Notes under the pieces: generated by a model | What the model was told of the DNA's origin: nothing | The model's input: only the letters and a program-made list of their open reading frames with translations | Databases searched by the model: none | Translations under genes and position numbers: made by a program | Shown: positions 9,501 to 18,043 of the stretch, piece after piece | Layout of the letters: the number at the start of each line of letters is the position of its first letter | Numbering within the stretch: the first letter of the stretch is position 1 | Assembly (NCBI GenBank): GCA_046735395.1 | Contig: JBJKQR010000034.1 | Coordinates: 1 to 55,604, forward strand | Reading direction: 5' to 3' | Origin: Fidelibacterota bacterium | GTDB lineage: Bacteria > Fidelibacterota > Fidelibacteria > Fidelibacterales > DSDE01 | Length of the DNA stretch: 55,604 nucleotides

Positions 9501-11366
9501 TTGAGACCTAAGCCTTTATTCTTGTTTTTACTCATACCCATGTACATATATGGCGGCATTTTTGGCTTCCCCGGACACAGTGCGGACCGGACTGAACGGG
9601 AAAAGGCCTATCAGGAAGAAATGAACGACAGCATGGCTGACAGTATCGCGGATGCGGACAATATCGCCGCCGGCGAGGACATGCTGCCGGACAGCAGCGA
9701 CAGCAGCCTGATCACGGAAACAACGCTTGAATCCGACCGTTTCGACGACCTGTTCAACGAAGCAAAGGTTCACTTCACGAATGCATTGATCGCCGATTAT
9801 TTTGATGACAGCCTGGAAGTTCAGCTGCAGCTCCGTCTCTGTTTTGAATCCCTTTCCGACATTGAAGTGTTTAACAATCTTGATGATATTCAGTATGAGG
9901 AAATCCGTCGTTTCACCGCCCGGCTTATCAGCGATTTCAAGGAACTCAGCCCTGAAATTCAAAATTTCAGCGATCAGTTCTCCGCCAGTGATTTACGGGA
10001 GGATATGGAATATCTGGCTGAAGGGTATTTTGACGGCATCGACTCCACAACCCGTATTCTGGAAGACCGGGAGGGGCATATCCCGATCATTGTTAATAAA
10101 CGCGTCGAACGCATCATCAGTTTTTTCCAGAATGACGGACGCAAGGATTTTCAGGACTGGCTGAACCGGCTCCCCCGCTATCGCGCGCTGCTAACCCCTA
10201 TTTTGAAGGAAGAAGGGCTGCCGGAAGAACTTATTTATCTGAGCATGATCGAAAGCGGGTTTAAATCCAATGCTTATTCCTATGCAAAGGCCATGGGACC
10301 CTGGCAGTTCATTTACGCAACCGGCAAGCGTTACGGCCTGAAACGGGACTACTGGGTTGACGAAAGAATGGATTTTGACAAATCAACCCATGCTGCGGCC
10401 CAATATCTCAAGGATTTATACTCCGAATTCGGCGACTGGTACCTGGTCATGGCCGCCTACAATTATGGCGAAGGCCGTATCCGCCGCAACATCCGCTGGG
10501 AAGGAACCCGTGATTTCTGGAAGATGAGAACGATGCCCCGCCAGACCCGGAATTATGTTCCCACCGTTCTGGCCGCCGCCGCCATCAGCATGGATCCGGA
10601 ACACTACGGATTCAAACTGCCCTCTGTCTCAACAGAACTGACAACCTGGGATACGCTGACTCTGGATAAAAGCGTGGAGCTGGAAACACTTGCCCGGGCC
10701 TGCAAAAGCAATTATAATACGCTGAAAGCACTTAACCCCGAACTCCGCAAGCATACAACACCCAGCCGGGACTATACGGTCCGCCTTCCCAAAAACACCC
10801 GTGACAAAGTCCTGGCCTCCTACGACAGTTTCGATGAAGCCCCGAGCTTTCAGGTTCATTATGTCCGCCGAGGCGAAACACTAACGCGTATCAGCAGAAA
10901 ATACGGCATCTCCATCCGCAGCATCATGTCGGCCAATAAACTGAAAAATCGCCAGCCTATTCTCATCGGCCAGAAGCTGATCATACCTATGCCCGGCGAG
11001 AGCAATCTCAGCGCATATGCAAAACGGCCGGATCTCAGCGATACGCATGATAAAATGATACATATCGTGAAAAAAGGTGAAACCCTCGGCCATATTGCCG
11101 AGGAATACAACACCCGGGCCGCATATATCCGCAGCTGGAATAATCTCAAATACCGGGACTATATTTATCCCAACCAGCAGCTTGTCGTCTGGGTACCCAA
11201 AGCAGCCGTGGCGGGCGCGACCTATACGGTCAAATCCGGTGATTCCCTGAATCTGATCGCACGGAAAACCGGCATTTCGCTGGAACGTATCCGGGATCTG
11301 AATCCACAGATAAAAGGATCCAGAATCTATCCCGGAGACATTATCATCTTGAATGAAAAAGACTGA
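9501..11366 (+). CDS. mltD: Lytic murein transglycosylase D-like (SLT domain + 3 LysM)
   Basis: MIESG catalytic Glu, GPWQF, AAYNYGEG; LysM repeats HYVRRGETL, HIVKKGETL, YTVKSGDSL. Confidence 0.92.
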   Translation: MRPKPLFLFLLIPMYIYGGIFGFPGHSADRTEREKAYQEEMNDSMADSIADADNIAAGEDMLPDSSDSSLITETTLESDRFDDLFNEAKVHFTNALIADYFDDSLEVQLQLRLCFESLSDIEVFNNLDDIQYEEIRRFTARLISDFKELSPEIQNFSDQFSASDLREDMEYLAEGYFDGIDSTTRILEDREGHIPIIVNKRVERIISFFQNDGRKDFQDWLNRLPRYRALLTPILKEEGLPEELIYLSMIESGFKSNAYSYAKAMGPWQFIYATGKRYGLKRDYWVDERMDFDKSTHAAAQYLKDLYSEFGDWYLVMAAYNYGEGRIRRNIRWEGTRDFWKMRTMPRQTRNYVPTVLAAAAISMDPEHYGFKLPSVSTELTTWDTLTLDKSVELETLARACKSNYNTLKALNPELRKHTTPSRDYTVRLPKNTRDKVLASYDSFDEAPSFQVHYVRRGETLTRISRKYGISIRSIMSANKLKNRQPILIGQKLIIPMPGESNLSAYAKRPDLSDTHDKMIHIVKKGETLGHIAEEYNTRAAYIRSWNNLKYRDYIYPNQQLVVWVPKAAVAGATYTVKSGDSLNLIARKTGISLERIRDLNPQIKGSRIYPGDIIILNEKD

Positions 11367-12216
11367 TATTTTTGCAAGCGTCATCATTCTGATTGCCATT
11401 GTGGTGACATTTTACATGCTGGGGTCCGGTACGGGCTCCGCATCGGGCGACTTCGGAGATAAAATCGCCGTTCTGCCCCTGGAAGGTGTTATTTCCGACT
11501 CCAGAGCCTTTATTCATACACTGGACGATTTTGCATCACGACAGTCCGTCAAGGGCATCATTATTGCGGTCAACAGCCCGGGCGGCGGCACCACCGCATC
11601 CGAGGAAATTTATCTGGCTCTGCGGAGAGCCCGGGAAAAATACGACAAGCCCATTTTCGCCAGCATTTCCACCGTTGGCGCCAGCGGCGGATACTTTGTC
11701 GCCCTGGCCACAGATGTGATATACGCCGCACCCACCAGCCTCACCGGCTCCATCGGCGTTATCATGGATCTGCCTCAATGGACAGAGCTCATGCAGCATA
11801 TCGGTATTGACGTCAACCGCTTCCGAAGCGGGGACCTGAAAGGCGCGGGCTCGCCCTACAAAACACTTTCCGAAGAAGAGAAAAAATCCTTTCAGGATCT
11901 GATTGATAATGTATATGAGCGGTTTAGCTCCATCGTCTGCGAACGACGTCATCTTGAACCGGAAGTGCTCAAACCCCTTGCGCGCGGACAGGCCTTCACC
12001 GGAAATCAGGCTCGGGAGCTTGGCCTCATCGACGAGCTGGGGCCGCTGCAGAGCGCCGTAGACTCCATGGCCACCCTGCTGAAGCTTGGCGATGACCCGA
12101 AACTGGTTTATCCGGGAAATTCCAAAACCAGCCTCTTCGATCTCGTTTTCGGGGATTTGAACGAAAATATCGCCAAAATAACCTATTCTCCCACTTTACA
12201 AATGATTTATAAATAA
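11353..12216 (+). CDS. sppA: Signal peptide peptidase SppA (S49, short form)
   Basis: NSPGG, ASGGY, TGSIGV, G...KGAGSP motifs. Confidence 0.93.
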   Translation: MKKTDIFASVIILIAIVVTFYMLGSGTGSASGDFGDKIAVLPLEGVISDSRAFIHTLDDFASRQSVKGIIIAVNSPGGGTTASEEIYLALRRAREKYDKPIFASISTVGASGGYFVALATDVIYAAPTSLTGSIGVIMDLPQWTELMQHIGIDVNRFRSGDLKGAGSPYKTLSEEEKKSFQDLIDNVYERFSSIVCERRHLEPEVLKPLARGQAFTGNQARELGLIDELGPLQSAVDSMATLLKLGDDPKLVYPGNSKTSLFDLVFGDLNENIAKITYSPTLQMIYK

Positions 12217-12269
12217 TTAACTTAAGAGGCTGTAGCTTTTGCTTCAGCAGACGAAGGGGTGGTGAAACC

Positions 12270-12563
12270 ATGACGAAAGCGGACATAGTTGACAAGATCT
12301 CGGAAGCAACCGGTCTGACAAAAGTCGAAACGGAGACGGTCATTGACGGTTTTTTCTCTGTTATCAGCGATTCTCTGGTTCAGGGAAAACGGATTGATTT
12401 CCGCGGTTTCGGATCTTTCAGTGTAAAAAAACGCAAGTCCAAAATCGCCCGCAACCCGGGAACCGGGGAGTCTGTGGATGTTCCCGAACGCTTTGTCCCG
12501 GTGTATAAGCCTTCAAAAATTCTGAAGGACGAAATAAACAAGCATTTGTTGAAAAAAGGGTAA
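12270..12563 (+). CDS. hup: HU/IHF-family DNA-binding protein
   Basis: MTKADIV..RGFGSF..ARNPGTGE..VYKPSK. Confidence 0.92.
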   Translation: MTKADIVDKISEATGLTKVETETVIDGFFSVISDSLVQGKRIDFRGFGSFSVKKRKSKIARNPGTGESVDVPERFVPVYKPSKILKDEINKHLLKKG

Positions 12564-12576
12564 ACAGGAGGTTGGC

Positions 12577-12672
12577 GTGCCCAGCGGAAAAAAACGTAAA
12601 AGAAGAAAAATCAGAACGCACAAAAGAAAAAAAAGACTCAGATTAAATCGTCATAAAAAACGCAAGTCTTAA
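12577..12672 (+). CDS. Small ribosomal protein bS22 (AURKAIP1/COX24-like), absent from the ORF track
   Basis: AGGAGG SD + GTG; translates to MPSGKKRKRRKIRTHKRKKRLRLNRHKKRKS, matching the Bacteroidota bS22 pattern MPSGKKRKR.K..THKRKKR.R.NRHKK. Confidence 0.88.
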   Translation: MPSGKKRKRRKIRTHKRKKRLRLNRHKKRKS

Positions 12673-12682
12673 TTTTTTCAAT

Positions 12683-12714
12683 CCGGGCAGGATCCTACTC
12701 TGCCCGGTTTTTTT
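12683..12714 (+). terminator. Intrinsic terminator after HU-bS22
   Basis: CCGGGCAG-N9-CTGCCCGG followed by T7. Confidence 0.85.
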
Positions 12715-13914
12715 ATGGATCAAATCTATTCCGTATCGGAAATAACCCATAAAATCAAATCTCTTCTGGAATTTGAAATTCCAGATTTTTATTTAGAGGG
12801 GGAAATTTCCGAGATCAAGTATCACAGCAGCGGCCATGTCTATTTTTCGCTGAAAGACAGTGACGCCGTCATGCCGGCGGTAATGTGGCGGAGCCAGGCT
12901 CAGCAGCTGACAAACCGGCCCCAGGCGGGAGCGCGGGTGGTCTGCCACGGATCCCTCTCCGTGTATCCGCCGCAGGGACGGTATCAGTTTGTCGCCCGCT
13001 CCATGAAACCGTCCGGGATCGGCGAGCTCTTTCTTGAATTTGAGGAAATGAAAAAACGACTTTCCGCCGAAGGACTGTTTGATGATGAATTCAAAAAGGC
13101 CATTCCTGCTTATCCCCGCCGCATAGCGATCATCGCCGGCGACAAGACCGCAGCACTTCAGGACATGCTGCGGGTTTTTCGCAGCAGTCACGCTCCGGCT
13201 CTTCTCATCCTTGCACCGGCCCGTGTTCAGGGCGGTGGATCCGCCGAACAGATCGTAGCGCGACTTGACCAGCTTCACCAGCTCATGCCGGCTCCCGACT
13301 GCATCCTGATAGCCCGGGGCGGCGGCAGCCTGGAGGATCTGTGGGAATTCAACAAGGAAACCCTGGCCCGACGTATTTTCACATCAACCATACCCGTCAT
13401 CAGCGGCGTGGGCCATGAAACGGATTTCAGCATCTGTGATTTCGTGGCAGATTTTCGTGCATCCACGCCCACGGCGGCCGCGGAACTCTGTGTCCGCGCC
13501 TGGAACGATGCCCCGGAAAGAATCAATTATCTGGAAACGCGGGCATTGAATGCAGCAGACAATCGATTAAGCCGGGCGGAACTGCAGCTGAACCGGCTGC
13601 TCAGCGCCCATGGCCTGAGGCGACTGCCGGACCTGCTTGAACGCAGACAGGAAAAACTTCTATCCCTCTCACGGAGCCTGACACAGACTGTCCGATATCA
13701 TCTGGAGCAGCAGGCTGCGTCGCTGAAGACACTCGGAGCAAAGCTCGAGCTTCTGAATCCGGCAAACGTTCTGTCCCGCGGCTACAGTGTCACCCGGAAC
13801 GAAAATGGAGAGATTATCCGGTCTGTCGGGAACATCCGGCCCGGCAGTATCATAAACAGTGAAGTTGCGGATGGAATTCTCACTTCCGAAATCCGCGCTG
13901 TAAAGGAGAAATGA
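12715..13914 (+). CDS. xseA: Exodeoxyribonuclease VII large subunit
   Basis: SGHVYFSLKD, ARGGGSLEDLWEFN, SGVGHETDFSICDFVADFRASTPTAAAE, NPANVLSRGYS. Confidence 0.96.
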   Translation: MDQIYSVSEITHKIKSLLEFEIPDFYLEGEISEIKYHSSGHVYFSLKDSDAVMPAVMWRSQAQQLTNRPQAGARVVCHGSLSVYPPQGRYQFVARSMKPSGIGELFLEFEEMKKRLSAEGLFDDEFKKAIPAYPRRIAIIAGDKTAALQDMLRVFRSSHAPALLILAPARVQGGGSAEQIVARLDQLHQLMPAPDCILIARGGGSLEDLWEFNKETLARRIFTSTIPVISGVGHETDFSICDFVADFRASTPTAAAELCVRAWNDAPERINYLETRALNAADNRLSRAELQLNRLLSAHGLRRLPDLLERRQEKLLSLSRSLTQTVRYHLEQQAASLKTLGAKLELLNPANVLSRGYSVTRNENGEIIRSVGNIRPGSIINSEVADGILTSEIRAVKEK

Positions 13915-13915
13915 T

Positions 13916-14143
13916 ATGACGGATGAAAAAAACTTCGAAACCGCTCTCGCCCGCCTCGAGGAAATCGTCGCCAGCATGGAAAACGAATCCGTCCCTCTGG
14001 ACAGACTGATCAGCCTTTACGAAGAAAGCATTGAGCTGAATGGCACCTGTCGGAAGATTCTTCAGGAAACGAGTGAAAAGATCTCTGTTCTGTCCGAGAG
14101 TCTGAGTGAAACGCCATCCGAAGGCAACGCGGAGGAAGAATGA
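13916..14143 (+). CDS. xseB: Exodeoxyribonuclease VII small subunit
   Basis: FETALARLEEIVASME...LDRLISLYEE; follows xseA. Confidence 0.93.
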   Translation: MTDEKNFETALARLEEIVASMENESVPLDRLISLYEESIELNGTCRKILQETSEKISVLSESLSETPSEGNAEEE

Positions 14144-15000
14144 AAATCGGTATTATTGCCAATCTCAACAAGAAGGAGCAGGTTCTGCCCATCTTTCAGG
14201 AATTCTCTCTCTGGATGCAGGACAAGGACGCGAATCTCCTCATTGAGCCACGGCTTTTCAATGTATTGGAGTCTCCGCAGGCCCATCACACTGTCCGCGA
14301 GACGGATGACCTTATCCGGGAAAGTGATGTCATCATCAGTTTCGGCGGAGACGGCACCCTGCTGTCCACCGTTCGAAAAATCCATGACAGCATGACACCG
14401 CTGCTCGGTTTTCATCTGGGCAATCTGGGTTTTCTTGCCCAGCTCACGAGGGACAATTATCAGGAGAAGATACTCCAGCTTCTGAACGGCGATTATGATA
14501 TTGAAGAGCGGATGATACTTGAAGCGCAGGTTAAGAACCCGGATCGGCAGTTCAGCCTCTATGCTCTGAATGATATTGTCATCAGCAAAGGCAATACACC
14601 CCGCATGATCCGCTGCCAGATTCAGGTCGACGGAAAAACCATGAACAGCTATAATTCCGACGGCATTATCATCGCCAGCCCCACCGGCTCCACGGCTTAT
14701 TCTCTCAGCGCCAGCGGCCCCATTCTCACTCCGGACCTGAATGCGGTTGTCATCAACCCCATTTGCCCCCACAGCCTCACCAACCGCCCCATCGTCATCA
14801 ATGCCGACCGCATCATCGACCTTTCCTTTCAGGAAATCGCCGCGGAGAATCATATCACCGCAGACGGCCAGCATTTCTTCCCCCTTGAACTGAATTCCAC
14901 AGTCCGCATTCTCAAGGCAACTTTCACGGTGAAGCTCGTTCGCTTTGAAGGTCATGACTTTTTCCGGGTCCTTCATTCCAAACTTGGCTGGGGTGTGTGA
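14140..15000 (+). CDS. nadK: NAD+ kinase
   Basis: GGDGTLL, GNLGFL, ALND, DGIIIASPTGSTAYSLSASGP, PICPHSL. Confidence 0.96.
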   Translation: MKIGIIANLNKKEQVLPIFQEFSLWMQDKDANLLIEPRLFNVLESPQAHHTVRETDDLIRESDVIISFGGDGTLLSTVRKIHDSMTPLLGFHLGNLGFLAQLTRDNYQEKILQLLNGDYDIEERMILEAQVKNPDRQFSLYALNDIVISKGNTPRMIRCQIQVDGKTMNSYNSDGIIIASPTGSTAYSLSASGPILTPDLNAVVINPICPHSLTNRPIVINADRIIDLSFQEIAAENHITADGQHFFPLELNSTVRILKATFTVKLVRFEGHDFFRVLHSKLGWGV

Positions 15001-15001
15001 T

Positions 15002-15355
15002 ATGGAAATCATTCGTTTGAAGAATATGATGTTTTACGGATATCACGGCGTAGAGGAACACGAGAAGGCCTGGGGCGCGCGCTTTGAAGTGGATATCGAA
15101 CTTCACTGTGATCTGTCCAAAGCCATCGAGAGCGATTCACTGCGGGAAACTGTGAATTATGAAAATATTTATGCCGTCATTCAGCAGATTGTCACTACGA
15201 AAAAGTTTTTTCTGATTGAGACACTCGCCGGAAATATTTGTGAGCATATCAAGGCGGACTTCAGCAACGTGGAAAAAGTCGTCTGCACGGTACGGAAACC
15301 CCATGCACCCATCAAGGGCGTTCTGGATACCATTGAAGTAGAGGTGAGCCGTTGA
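15002..15355 (+). CDS. folB: Dihydroneopterin aldolase
   Basis: FYGYHGV..HEK..G..FEVD, TVNY, LIETLA, KPHAPI; ATG 15002 immediately after the nadK stop. Confidence 0.95.
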   Translation: MEIIRLKNMMFYGYHGVEEHEKAWGARFEVDIELHCDLSKAIESDSLRETVNYENIYAVIQQIVTTKKFFLIETLAGNICEHIKADFSNVEKVVCTVRKPHAPIKGVLDTIEVEVSR

Positions 15356-15840
15356 CGGAGACCTATCTTGCCCTTGGATCCAATATGGGAGACCGGTCGA
15401 AACACATTAACGATGCCATCTCCCGCCTGGCCGATCATCCCCGCCTGTCTCTCGTCCGCCAGAGCGGACATTTTCTCAGCAAGGCACAGTACAACACCAG
15501 CCTCGATGATTTCGTGAACGCGGCCGCACTTTTCAGAACCGATCTCACTCCGGAGGAACTGCTGACCGTCATCCAGCAGACCGAATCGGACATGGGGCGC
15601 GTCCACAGACCGGGCAAACGCTATGAGCCGCGGCCCATTGATATCGACATCATTTTTTACGGTTCGGTCGTCCTGAACAGCGAAACACTGATCATCCCTC
15701 ATCCCGAATACGGAAAAAGAAAATTTGTATTATACCCTTTACGGCAAATTGCTTTAAATTACAGCGTGCCAGGAAAAAACATCAGTCTGGACGATGTCAT
15801 CCTTCATTGTCCCGACGTCTCGGAAATCACGGAATTATAA
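15352..15840 (+). CDS. folK: 2-amino-4-hydroxy-6-hydroxymethyldihydropteridine diphosphokinase
   Basis: YLALGSNMGDR, FVNAA, PRPIDIDII, IPHP..RKFVLYPL. Confidence 0.95.
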   Translation: MTETYLALGSNMGDRSKHINDAISRLADHPRLSLVRQSGHFLSKAQYNTSLDDFVNAAALFRTDLTPEELLTVIQQTESDMGRVHRPGKRYEPRPIDIDIIFYGSVVLNSETLIIPHPEYGKRKFVLYPLRQIALNYSVPGKNISLDDVILHCPDVSEITEL

Positions 15841-16485
15841 ATGAATAAACCAGCCTATTATATTGCCATTGAAGGTGTCATCGGCGTCGGCAAAACCAGT
15901 CTTGCCAATATTCTCGCGGAACGGCTCAACGGACGTCTTGTACTGGAAAAATTCGAAACCAACCCCTTCCTGGCAGATTTCTATCATGACCGGGAACGCT
16001 ACGCATTCCAGACCCAGCTGTTTTTCCTGCTCAGCCGGCACCGGCAGCAGATGGAACTCATGCAGACAGACCTGTTCCACACATCCCTTATCACGGACTA
16101 CCTGTTTATCAAGGATAAGCTCTTTGCATATCTGAACCTGTCGGAAAAGGAACTGACGCTTTATGATCAGCTTCTGAATCTGCTTATCAAGGAAATCCCT
16201 CAGCCCGATCTCGTTATCTACCTGCAGGCCGATACACCCCGGCTCATGCAGAATATTCAGAAACGCGGACGGGCCTATGAAAAGCGAATGGACAGAGACT
16301 ACATTGAGCAGCTGAACCAGATGTACAATAATTATTTCTTTCGTTATAACGAAACACCTTTGCTCATTATCAATACTACGGAAATCGATTTCGTCAATGA
16401 AAAGGATGATCTCGATATGATATTGAGCTATATCCAGCAGCCACCGGCCGGGACGAAGCTCTATCATCCCGGGAAGGAATCGTAA
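15841..16485 (+). CDS. Deoxynucleoside kinase
   Basis: IEGVIGVGKT P-loop, AFQTQLFFL.SR, PDLVIYL, IQKRGR.YE. Confidence 0.93.
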   Translation: MNKPAYYIAIEGVIGVGKTSLANILAERLNGRLVLEKFETNPFLADFYHDRERYAFQTQLFFLLSRHRQQMELMQTDLFHTSLITDYLFIKDKLFAYLNLSEKELTLYDQLLNLLIKEIPQPDLVIYLQADTPRLMQNIQKRGRAYEKRMDRDYIEQLNQMYNNYFFRYNETPLLIINTTEIDFVNEKDDLDMILSYIQQPPAGTKLYHPGKES

Positions 16486-16685
16486 TGCTTACCAAGCTTA
16501 TTCTGATAATCTTTTTAGGTTATCTTGTCAATAAGATCATCGTCGTTCCATTCAGGAAGGAATGGCGACAGTTATTTAAACAGGAAAAACCGGAGCCTCG
16601 ATCATCTGCGTCCGACGACACTCGGAAATCGCTGATTCGTGAAGAGGATGTCGAAGACGCGGAGTTCAGGGACATAAACGACTGA
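16485..16685 (+). CDS. Small single-TM hypothetical protein
   Basis: N-terminal hydrophobic helix; C-terminal VEDAEFRDI-type tail; translationally coupled (TAATG). Confidence 0.7.
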   Translation: MLTKLILIIFLGYLVNKIIVVPFRKEWRQLFKQEKPEPRSSASDDTRKSLIREEDVEDAEFRDIND

Positions 16686-16692
16686 GGAGGAC

Positions 16693-17730
16693 ATGCGGTC
16701 CGCACTCATCACGTCCCATGGTGATCTCAGCAATCTGAAACTTGTGGAGCGGCCGGTTCCCCGCAGCGCTCCGGGCCAGGCCCTCGTCCGTATTCATTAT
16801 TCTGCACTGAACCATCTGGATATATTTGTTCTTCAGGGTCTGCCCGGCATGAAGCTGCCTCTGCCCATGGTTCCCGGATCTGATTTCAGCGGTGAGATTA
16901 TCGAGCTGAACAGAGAGACAGAAACGGATCTCCATCCCGGTGATTTCGTCGCCATTTATCCCGGTACATCCTGCGGACGCTGCCCGGCCTGTCGCGACGG
17001 GAAAGAACATTACTGCCGTCATTTCGGAATCTTCGGCGAAACGCAGGATGGCGGCCATTGTGAATATATCTCTGTCCCCATAAAAAACTGTGTCCGTCTC
17101 GGCTCTGCAGCAATGATGAAGTCTGCAGCTGCCGGCGGCCTGACCGGCCTCACTGCTCATGAAATGCTCTTCGGAAAGGCGAATCTTCAGAAAGAAGACT
17201 CGGTTCTGGTTATAGCAGCAAACAGCGGCATCGGCAGCATAGCCATTCAAATGGCGAAAAACAGGGGCTGCCGGGTGATCGCGACAGCGGGGAGTGATGA
17301 GAAATCCGACTATGCACGTCAGCTCGGAGCAGATCATGTCATTAATCATTACGGAGATCCGGAATGGTACCGGCAGATCCGGACTCTGACAGAGAACCGG
17401 GGTGTGGATGTAATCATTGAACATCCGGGCCAGGCAACCTTTTCCAACAGTTTGAAAGCACTGGCCATCGGCGGACGCATCGTAACCTGCGGCGCCAGCA
17501 GCGGCCCGCATATTCAGCTGGATCTGCGGCACCTCTTCATCAAACAGCAGCAAATTCTTGGATCGACAATGGGTTCGTCTTCCACATTCCGGAAAGTTAT
17601 GGATGATATCCGCACCGGAGCCCTTCAAACACCAATATACAAGCTGTATACAATGAATGATATACACGAAGCATATTCAACGCTCATTAACAGTAAACAG
17701 AGAGGCAAAATTCTCCTGGAGTACCCATGA
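16693..17730 (+). CDS. Zinc-binding alcohol dehydrogenase / MDR-family oxidoreductase
   Basis: ALNHLD, PGSDFSG, CGRCPAC..GKEHYC structural Zn site, AANSGIG. Confidence 0.9.
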   Translation: MRSALITSHGDLSNLKLVERPVPRSAPGQALVRIHYSALNHLDIFVLQGLPGMKLPLPMVPGSDFSGEIIELNRETETDLHPGDFVAIYPGTSCGRCPACRDGKEHYCRHFGIFGETQDGGHCEYISVPIKNCVRLGSAAMMKSAAAGGLTGLTAHEMLFGKANLQKEDSVLVIAANSGIGSIAIQMAKNRGCRVIATAGSDEKSDYARQLGADHVINHYGDPEWYRQIRTLTENRGVDVIIEHPGQATFSNSLKALAIGGRIVTCGASSGPHIQLDLRHLFIKQQQILGSTMGSSSTFRKVMDDIRTGALQTPIYKLYTMNDIHEAYSTLINSKQRGKILLEYP

Positions 17731-17915
17731 AAAAGCTATGGATTTCATTTAACGACAACCACATCTGCCCCTATTGCAAGGGCAGCAACACAAAACGGAT
17801 CCGGCGCAGTATTCCCGACCATCGTTTTCCGTCATCCAAACGCTACAGCTGCTCCCGCTGCGGCCTTGAATACCTGCATTTCGCGAAAATCTTTTATCTC
17901 GTCAGACGTTATTAA
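17727..17915 (+). CDS. Small zinc-ribbon protein
   Basis: CPYC...CSRC; ATGA overlap with the upstream gene. Confidence 0.6.
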   Translation: MKKLWISFNDNHICPYCKGSNTKRIRRSIPDHRFPSSKRYSCSRCGLEYLHFAKIFYLVRRY

Positions 17916-17949
17916 TTCTCCCTGAAATTTTACCCATAATCGATTAACG

Positions 17950-17984
17950 AAGCGGCTTGATTTCGGGTCTCGGCCGTTTTTTTC
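17950..17984 (+). terminator. Probable terminator of the xseA-to-zinc-ribbon operon
   Basis: Imperfect GCGGC...GCCGT stem followed by a T-run. Confidence 0.5.
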
Positions 17985-17992
17985 AATGTCAT

Positions 17993-18020
17993 AAAAAAAG
18001 GCGCTCTTTCGAGCGCCTTT
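17993..18020 (-). terminator. Intrinsic terminator of the large secreted protein gene
   Basis: Minus strand AAAGGCGCTC-GAAA-GAGCGCCTTTTTTT. Confidence 0.88.
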
Positions 18021-18043
18021 GCATTATTTAGTCGTATTGTCTC

